Shown here: positions 57,555 to 64,000 of the stretch, in pieces
Position numbering within the stretch: position 1 is the first letter of the stretch
How the letters are laid out: every line of letters begins with the position of its first letter
Source of the DNA: an uncultured Ignavibacteriales bacterium
GTDB lineage: Bacteria; Zixibacteria; MSB-5A5; GN15; FEB-12
Direction of reading: 5' to 3'
Assembly (NCBI GenBank): GCA_964464605.1
Contig: CAYXJN010000004.1
Location: 248,001-312,000, forward strand
DNA: 64,000 bases
The notes under the pieces: model-generated
What the model was told of the DNA's origin: nothing
Databases searched by the model: none
The model's input: the letters and a program-made list of their open reading frames with translations, nothing else
Position numbers and translations under genes: made by a program

Positions 57555-58865
57555 CTACCGTGCGATTCGTGCAACGAAACGTAAGGTACGTTCACGCGTT
57601 ATGCGGCGAATTGAGCGGGCAATGTCACCGACATTCCGATTGCCGTTCGTAGACAGCCAGTTGATTACTCTATCGAATAATGACGGTCTGAAATTACGAA
57701 TCGGTGACAAACGAGTGTGTGCGCCAATAGCGAACCGATGTCCGCGCCATTCGATCGTACGCTTGAAGAAAGGGATGATCCAGATACCGAACATGATACA
57801 CTCTTTCAGTGGCGTCAGTAGGTAGCTGTACCAGGGTAAATCCGATGCCATGACTCTACCCGTTAAAACGCTGAAGAGAGTTTGCGTGAAAATTGTCGCA
57901 ACGAGAAAAGAGGTGGTCAATTCATTCGGTTGTATCAAAAATAACAGCGCTGACAAAATGATAGGGTGTGAGAACACTTCAGCAACATAATCCCGCAGGC
58001 TGAAATTACGACGCATCAGTCCCCAGCGAATGTGGTGGTTGGCAAAACGGCCAGGCGGCCAGGTTTCGTTGATGCTGTCAATTATCCAAGGGGAAATCTT
58101 TACTACCAATCCAAGTTTCTTGATTGAAAGGCCGAGCATATGGTCTTCGGCGAGTACATTAGCAAATCGCTCGAAACCGCCGAGCTGGTGTAAGGTAGCT
58201 TTACGGAACAGCATCGATTTGCCGATGCTGATTGAAACGCCGAATAATTTCTTAACCGCGAAAATCGATCCGGCGACGAACGTATTCAAATGTACATTCT
58301 CGAGCATCGCGCCGAATCCTTTAGCGCCGATGCCGCGAATCGATGACGTTACCAGGCCGACGTTCGGTGAACCCATTTCGGTCATCATGGCGCGCAGGTA
58401 TTCAGGTCGAACCCGAACGTTGCTGTCACTGATAACTAAATACTCATGTTCTGCATGTACGACGATATTGGCAAGGTTGTTGATCTTCGGGTTTAAGCCG
58501 ATTCGACGGTCAGAGACAATTACCTGTGCCGGAATATGCGGGTATCGGCGGCAGAGGGAATCGACAATCGGAATGACCTGGTCGCTGCTTTCGGCAACGC
58601 CGAAGAGCAACTGATATTCCGGATAATCTAATTGAAAAAAGGATTCGAGATTTTTTTCGATCTGGTCATCAAGCCCTTTTAACGGCTTGAGTACCGTTAT
58701 CGGCGGCAAGTATGCAGCGGAAGCGGCGCCTTTTGGTTTGCGGGTTTGTTTCCACAGCTGAAACAACGAAATGAAGCTGTAGAACAATCCGAACAGGATC
58801 GCGCCTGAAAACAGTATGAGTATTGCGGAATTCATGGCCATATTCTTTCTCTTTATAACGGCCAT
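57555..58865 (-). CDS. Ceramide glucosyltransferase-like / HpnI glycosyltransferase (GT21)
   Basis: TVLKPLKGLD, GLNPKINNL, VISDSNV, LAEDHMLG, HHIRW, IEWRG. Confidence 0.88.
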   Translation of the reverse strand: MAVIKRKNMAMNSAILILFSGAILFGLFYSFISLFQLWKQTRKPKGAASAAYLPPITVLKPLKGLDDQIEKNLESFFQLDYPEYQLLFGVAESSDQVIPIVDSLCRRYPHIPAQVIVSDRRIGLNPKINNLANIVVHAEHEYLVISDSNVRVRPEYLRAMMTEMGSPNVGLVTSSIRGIGAKGFGAMLENVHLNTFVAGSIFAVKKLFGVSISIGKSMLFRKATLHQLGGFERFANVLAEDHMLGLSIKKLGLVVKISPWIIDSINETWPPGRFANHHIRWGLMRRNFSLRDYVAEVFSHPIILSALLFLIQPNELTTSFLVATIFTQTLFSVLTGRVMASDLPWYSYLLTPLKECIMFGIWIIPFFKRTIEWRGHRFAIGAHTRLSPIRNFRPSLFDRVINWLSTNGNRNVGDIARSIRRITRERTLRFVARIAR

Positions 58866-58930
58866 AACAACAACAAAGATTATTAGTTGTTAACGAGATG
58901 CTCGTTAGGGAATTGTTAGACGGAAAGTGT

Positions 58931-60214
58931 TTAGTCTGAAAGCAGTTGGCGGTTTTGAATGTAGGTGCGATAAAACTCGCCACTCGGTTTTATGTTCCGA
59001 TGCAGCCCGTTTGAAAAGTCGACGGCAATCAATCCGAATTTCGCCGAGGTACCGATCAGCCATTCGTAATTGTCTAAGAAGCTCCAGTGGTAATAGCCGG
59101 TAATCGGCCGTCCTTCGGCAATCAGTTTTTGTACCGTTCCTAAATGCAGCTGCAAGTAGCGAATTCGCTGGGTGTCATCGGCAACGGCGATGCCGTTTTC
59201 TGTAACAATCAACGGTTTGCCGGTCGGAGCGAGCCACTTACAGACTTTCTCCAACCCGCGCGGATAAATTTCCCAGCCTAAATCCGAGACTCCTTTTTTC
59301 GGGTTAGCCTTGAAAAAGAAATCGAAGGGACGTCGGACATTGAAACGAAAACGGACACGCATCCGGTAGTAATAGTTTATCCCCCAGAAATCGATTTTGT
59401 CATCGAGTGAAATCGGGGAGTCATACCGGATCAAAAAAGGAAATCGAAACTGAAGGCGATTTGATTTGAATGCTTGCGGCAACATCATGTTGTAAAAATA
59501 ATGGACTTTCCGTTTCGCCGCCTCATCCATGACGTTTCCTTTTCTGTCCACGCGAAAAGAAATGAAGTTGTGGGCAATACCGATATTGGTATTCGGGTAT
59601 TTGCTTTTGATATAATCATACGCTTCCCGGTGCGCCATCAGCATGTTGTGCAAAGCCTGCATTAGATGGTCTAAATTCTTTTCTCCGGGCGGAAATTTTG
59701 CATCTCCGTATCCGGCCAATAACCATACGAGCGGTTCATTGATTGTTACGATATAGGGGACACGATCAAGCAGACGGTTGGTGACTAATTCGACATACTT
59801 CATGAACTGCCCAACGGAACTCGGCCGGTGCCAGGGAGTTCGTTCGATGAACCAGTGGGGATGAGTAAAATGATGCAGCGTGACCATCGGCGTAATACCC
59901 AAAGCCAAAAGCCGGTCGATCATATGGCTGTATTGATCGAGTGCCGCCTGATTGATTACTCCCGGCTCCGGTTCGATGCGTGCCCACTCGATAGAAAAGC
60001 GGTAGCTGTTTACGCCGAGCTGCGGGAGCATTGAGAAATCGGATTCCCAACGTTTCCAGTGATCGGCTGCAGCGCCGACTGAATAATCATGTCCGTTATC
60101 TTTGTTGCGGTCTAACCGGGACCAAACGGCATGATCGTTTTCAATATCCCCTTCGATTTGGTACGAGGAGGTAGCAACGCCCCACAGGAAATTGTGTTCG
60201 CCATTTTCAGTCAT
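58931..60214 (-). CDS. Glycoside hydrolase family 1 (beta-glucosidase-like)
   Basis: FLWGVATSSYQIEG, YRFSIEWARI, TINEP, GINYY, VTENG, WSFLDNYEW. Confidence 0.93.
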   Translation of the reverse strand: MTENGEHNFLWGVATSSYQIEGDIENDHAVWSRLDRNKDNGHDYSVGAAADHWKRWESDFSMLPQLGVNSYRFSIEWARIEPEPGVINQAALDQYSHMIDRLLALGITPMVTLHHFTHPHWFIERTPWHRPSSVGQFMKYVELVTNRLLDRVPYIVTINEPLVWLLAGYGDAKFPPGEKNLDHLMQALHNMLMAHREAYDYIKSKYPNTNIGIAHNFISFRVDRKGNVMDEAAKRKVHYFYNMMLPQAFKSNRLQFRFPFLIRYDSPISLDDKIDFWGINYYYRMRVRFRFNVRRPFDFFFKANPKKGVSDLGWEIYPRGLEKVCKWLAPTGKPLIVTENGIAVADDTQRIRYLQLHLGTVQKLIAEGRPITGYYHWSFLDNYEWLIGTSAKFGLIAVDFSNGLHRNIKPSGEFYRTYIQNRQLLSD

Positions 60215-60317
60215 AGTGAAAAGTAAAATGAGTCGACAAAACGGTCAACCAAAGAGATTTTGCACAGTTGAAGTGCTGGTTGACTTCCGCTGGTAACTGT
60301 CTATCTTGTCGCCACCT

Positions 60318-61841
60318 ATGCTGCCAATTCGATTGCTTGTTATCTGTTGTATTATCGTCATCGCCGGTGTCTCGCATGCCCAGCGAGCAATTGAGCCGGT
60401 ACAAAAAATTACCGACTTTCGTCCGGTTGGCCAGCTTCGACTCTGGACATTTATTCAGCGGGATACGGTAATCGGTCGTTTGACTTCGACCATCAAAGAT
60501 ACGGATACAAAAGGGGACTCATCGGCGGTTGTCATCGCGCAGACCCTGACTTTAGACTACACCAAAATCGGCCAGACACTGCAATTGACCACGTCCGGCG
60601 AGCGGTTCCTTTCCGAACGGGGAACATATCTCGGTGATGAGTTAACTATTACTATTAATGGAGAGCTCGGCCACCTTAATCTTGAGCGTAAGGGGTCGGA
60701 AGTTACTGGTGAGCAATTACACGCAGGCGGGGAAGAGGCAATCACCCGTTCCGTGGGCGTCAACCAGCAAGCATTCGATGCTGATTTTTACGACCAACTT
60801 GAAATCTATTTAGCGCTACGCGGAATGAAAGTCGGAGATGGATTTACCGACACGCTTTTCTCTCCGCAGATTCAGCTGCCGACAATCGTGGAAATGCGTG
60901 TCGAAGAATTCAAGCCGATGCGGATTTACAACCAGTTGATCGAATCGACATTTGTTATTCAGATGACTCAACCACAGCGGGGAACGCTGTTGTTTACGCC
61001 GGACAGGCGGTTGATAAAAATCGATATCCCTGATTTGAAACGAAAAGTGTATCTGGATCAAGTGAGCGGTGCGAAAGCCGAACTGAAAGATACTACCGGA
61101 GCAGCACCCCAAATTCCCAAGCTGCCGGAAATACCGCTACGGGTAAGACTTTTGGCGACGTTACCGCATGCTATCACTTACTCACTATTTGCGCTTGTTG
61201 CGATGCTGTTGTTCGTGACTTCGCATATTCGCAAAGGGTTTGTCTGGATCGCTGCACTAACCGGGATTGCCGCTTTTATTCCGCTGCATTATCTGCAAAC
61301 ACCGGTTCAGGGTTGGATTGTCGAGTCGATTTTCATTCCGCAATTGAAAGCGGGCGGTTCTCCGTTCTTTTGGGCAGTGTTGCCGGCGGTTGTTGTCGGA
61401 TTCATGCAGGAGATAGTCAAATTTGGCGCGCTTTCGATGTTTACTTCGACTCGTAAGTCACGACCGTATGTTTTTGCGGTTATCGGTGCTGCTATAGGGG
61501 CAGGGTTCGGATTGGTCGAAGCAATCATGATGACCGCCAGCTTCGGTGTCATGCCGCTTTTCACCGCGTCGCTGTCTGAACGTGGATTTCTTATCTTGTT
61601 TCACGCCGCTGCCGGAGCATTGGTCGGCAGGGGACTATCGCAGGATCGCCAATCGGCCGTTATTGCATTGGTCATTACAACTTTGATTAACAGCCTGTTG
61701 CGCTATCTGCCGGTCTTTGCGCAAGCGAAGATGGCGGATGTTACCCTGCTCTATATTATCTACGGTCTAATTGTCTTGGTGCTCGTTGCAATTACCTGGA
61801 TACAGTCGAAAAAACCGCTTCATTCCCCTGACAAGCTCTAA
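60318..61841 (+). CDS. YhfC/PrsW-family intramembrane glutamic protease with a large exported N-terminal domain
   Basis: Signal peptide; C-terminal TM bundle with QEIVK, GAGFGLVEA, ERGFLILFH. Confidence 0.7.
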   Translation: MLPIRLLVICCIIVIAGVSHAQRAIEPVQKITDFRPVGQLRLWTFIQRDTVIGRLTSTIKDTDTKGDSSAVVIAQTLTLDYTKIGQTLQLTTSGERFLSERGTYLGDELTITINGELGHLNLERKGSEVTGEQLHAGGEEAITRSVGVNQQAFDADFYDQLEIYLALRGMKVGDGFTDTLFSPQIQLPTIVEMRVEEFKPMRIYNQLIESTFVIQMTQPQRGTLLFTPDRRLIKIDIPDLKRKVYLDQVSGAKAELKDTTGAAPQIPKLPEIPLRVRLLATLPHAITYSLFALVAMLLFVTSHIRKGFVWIAALTGIAAFIPLHYLQTPVQGWIVESIFIPQLKAGGSPFFWAVLPAVVVGFMQEIVKFGALSMFTSTRKSRPYVFAVIGAAIGAGFGLVEAIMMTASFGVMPLFTASLSERGFLILFHAAAGALVGRGLSQDRQSAVIALVITTLINSLLRYLPVFAQAKMADVTLLYIIYGLIVLVLVAITWIQSKKPLHSPDKL

Positions 61842-61876
61842 AAAAGAAACAAAAAAACTGCCGATAATAATAGAAC

Positions 61877-63139
61877 ATGCACATCTGTTTATTCGAAGAT
61901 AACAAATACCGGGATTTTAATCCGATTGCTCTGACCCGTCCGGTCTATTTGTTGCGTAATGGAATTTTGCCGTTGTATCAGCGTATCAACCGTTGGTTCG
62001 CACCGGATACGCTTTCCTTCGCCATGCGTAATGACATCGCTCCCTTGATTGCCGAAACATTTCCTGCCATACCGGTGAATATCATCAAGCATGGCGGGCA
62101 GCCGGTATTGTTTCTCAACGGGCGTTTACGAAATCCCGGCAATCTGCAGTCACTATTGAAAGAAACAAAGTTTGTTACGGTGCTGAAATCCGAGGTCAGT
62201 ACTGTCGGTGTCTGGTTTCCAAGCGGAGTCATTACCGATTTACCACCGGTAACTACTCCTGATACCTACTCTGCATATGTCGATGCGCATAAAGATTCTG
62301 TTCTCGAAGTTGAAACGACGGCGACGTTGTACAATTATCTGTGGGATTTCGTGAATGATATCGATGCGGAAATCATCGCTGATTTTACGCATTTGAAACC
62401 ATCCACCGGTAAAGGAAATGCCACAATTCACCCCGGTGCATATATCCTGAATGAATCGCAGGTTCATCTTTCTGATGGCGTAGTGATTTTTCCGGCTTCA
62501 GTCATCGATGCCACCAAAGGGCCGGTCTATATCGGCAACAATGTTCGTATCGAATCACACGCCGCGATTGTCGGTCCCTGTTATATCGGTGACGACACAA
62601 TTGTACTGGCGGGCAAAATTGTCGGGTCATCGATCGGTCCGGTCTGCCGGGTCGGTGGTGAAGTAGAGGAGTCGATCTTCTTCGGCTATGTGAATAAATA
62701 CCATGCCGGATTTATCGGACATTCGGTTGTCGGCGCGTGGGTGAACTTCGGCGCAATGACAACAAATTCTGATTTGAAGAATAATTATTCCGCTATTCGT
62801 GTTTCGGTGAATGGCTCGATGGTCGACACCGGTTCAATCAAAGTCGGTTCCTTTATCGGCGACCATACAAAGTTTGGCATCGGCACGCTTTTGAATACCG
62901 GCATTTCAATCGGTATCGCCTGTAATCTGTTTGGCGGCGTTTTGGTGACCGACAAAGAAATCAAATCATTCAGTTGGGGTCCGGTGAAAGACTGGAAACG
63001 GTATGATATCGAAAAGGCAATCGAAACCGCCGCACTGACAATGGGGCGCCGGAAGCGGACACTCAGTGAACGGGAAAGCAATATCCTTCGTGCAATTTTC
63101 AACAAAACCGAATCCGAAACCGGCGTGTTGACTTGGTGA
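61877..63139 (+). CDS. GlmU-related putative sugar nucleotidyltransferase with hexapeptide repeats
   Basis: ICLFED..PIALTRPVYLLRNG, GGEVEES, NKYHAGFIGHS, TNSDLKNNY, GDHTKFGI. Confidence 0.85.
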   Translation: MHICLFEDNKYRDFNPIALTRPVYLLRNGILPLYQRINRWFAPDTLSFAMRNDIAPLIAETFPAIPVNIIKHGGQPVLFLNGRLRNPGNLQSLLKETKFVTVLKSEVSTVGVWFPSGVITDLPPVTTPDTYSAYVDAHKDSVLEVETTATLYNYLWDFVNDIDAEIIADFTHLKPSTGKGNATIHPGAYILNESQVHLSDGVVIFPASVIDATKGPVYIGNNVRIESHAAIVGPCYIGDDTIVLAGKIVGSSIGPVCRVGGEVEESIFFGYVNKYHAGFIGHSVVGAWVNFGAMTTNSDLKNNYSAIRVSVNGSMVDTGSIKVGSFIGDHTKFGIGTLLNTGISIGIACNLFGGVLVTDKEIKSFSWGPVKDWKRYDIEKAIETAALTMGRRKRTLSERESNILRAIFNKTESETGVLTW

Positions 63140-63181
63140 TACGCAAACCAATATCTTTCGGTATGACACCACGAGATTCAA

Positions 63182-64000
63182 ATGCCTGAACTTCGCAAAG
63201 ACCCGATTACCGGGCGGTGGGTTATTATTGCAACCGAGCGGGGAAGACGTCCCTCTTCGTATAGCTCAGTATCCAAACGAATGCATGCTTCCATGTGTCC
63301 GTTTTGTCCCGGTCAGGAAAACCAGACTCCGCCGGAAACATTAGCCTATCGCGGAAACGGCTCTCACCCGAATCAACCCGGTTGGACATTACGCGTTATT
63401 TCAAACAAATATCCAGCCTTGCGCGTGGAAGGGACACTTAATCGTTCGCCACACGGTTTGTATGACATGATGACCGGTATCGGCGCGCATGAGGTGATAA
63501 TTGAAACACCGGATCATGCGCATGATATTGTCGATATGTCGGATACGGCGGTGCGGGATATTTTCTTCGCCTACCGTGACCGGATGATCGATTTGGAAAA
63601 AGACAGCCGTTTCAAATACATTCTTATTTTCAAAAATCATGGGGAAGCAGCCGGTGCTTCGCTTGAACATTCCCACAGCCAGCTTATCGCTACTCCGATT
63701 ATTCCAAAGTTAGTATTGGAAGAACTCGACGGCTCCAAGAAATATTATGATTTCAAAGAGCGGTGTGTTTTCTGCGACATAATTCGTCAGGAGTTGACCT
63801 CCCGCGAACGGATGGTGCGGGATTATGATTCCTTCATCGGTATTCAACCGTATGCGCCACGCTTTCCGTTTGAAACTTGGATTTTGCCGAAAGAGCATCA
63901 GTCCAGTTTTCTGGAAATGAGTGATGGTGATTATCTGACCTTGGCCAGATGTTTCAAAGATGTTCTGGCTCGTTTGAAAGTCGCGCTCAACGACCCGCCT
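63182..64000 (+). CDS. galT: Galactose-1-phosphate uridylyltransferase, runs off the window (absent from the ORF track)
   Basis: Read directly: MPELRKDPITGRWVIIATERGRRP, CPFCPG, NKYPAL, HEVIIETP, FKNHG..AGASLEHSHSQ. Confidence 0.93.
   Translation, partial: MPELRKDPITGRWVIIATERGRRPSSYSSVSKRMHASMCPFCPGQENQTPPETLAYRGNGSHPNQPGWTLRVISNKYPALRVEGTLNRSPHGLYDMMTGIGAHEVIIETPDHAHDIVDMSDTAVRDIFFAYRDRMIDLEKDSRFKYILIFKNHGEAAGASLEHSHSQLIATPIIPKLVLEELDGSKKYYDFKERCVFCDIIRQELTSRERMVRDYDSFIGIQPYAPRFPFETWILPKEHQSSFLEMSDGDYLTLARCFKDVLARLKVALNDPP

Overview
Gene-dense bacterial chromosomal segment of about 50 CDS and 2 tRNAs, mostly housekeeping and envelope functions. A T9SS-type C-terminal sorting tail, a cohesin-like module and the overall gene mix suggest an FCB-associated lineage such as Zixibacteria; this is inference, not a database result. 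Core genes are comF-xerD-GGDEF, mlaEFD, deoBC, an ECF sigma/anti-sigma pair, hutH-like lyase, rpsU-yqeY-cvpA-mutS2-dnaG-recN, glgP, pfkA, galT and many peptidases. The standout region is 11.9-17.8 kb. Two paralogous lipoprotein subtilases (S8) sit in tandem behind a DUF1998/MrfA-type helicase, and each is followed by a leftover copy of the helicase's own 3' end. The distal copy encodes the same 26 residues as the real C-terminus but differs only by synonymous changes around a 29-bp identical core. Both units also share a 299-bp near-identical leader/signal-peptide block yet carry unrelated C-terminal domains. This looks like an integrase-free, gene-end-targeted cassette array of variable surface proteases. 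Other oddities are a tRNA-His with no encoded G-1 plus U72/A73, a candidate ECF regulon of proteases, a probable ATT start for mlaE, a DEDDh exonuclease-WYL fusion and several pseudo-enzymes. All calls come from motif reading by eye; no searches were run.
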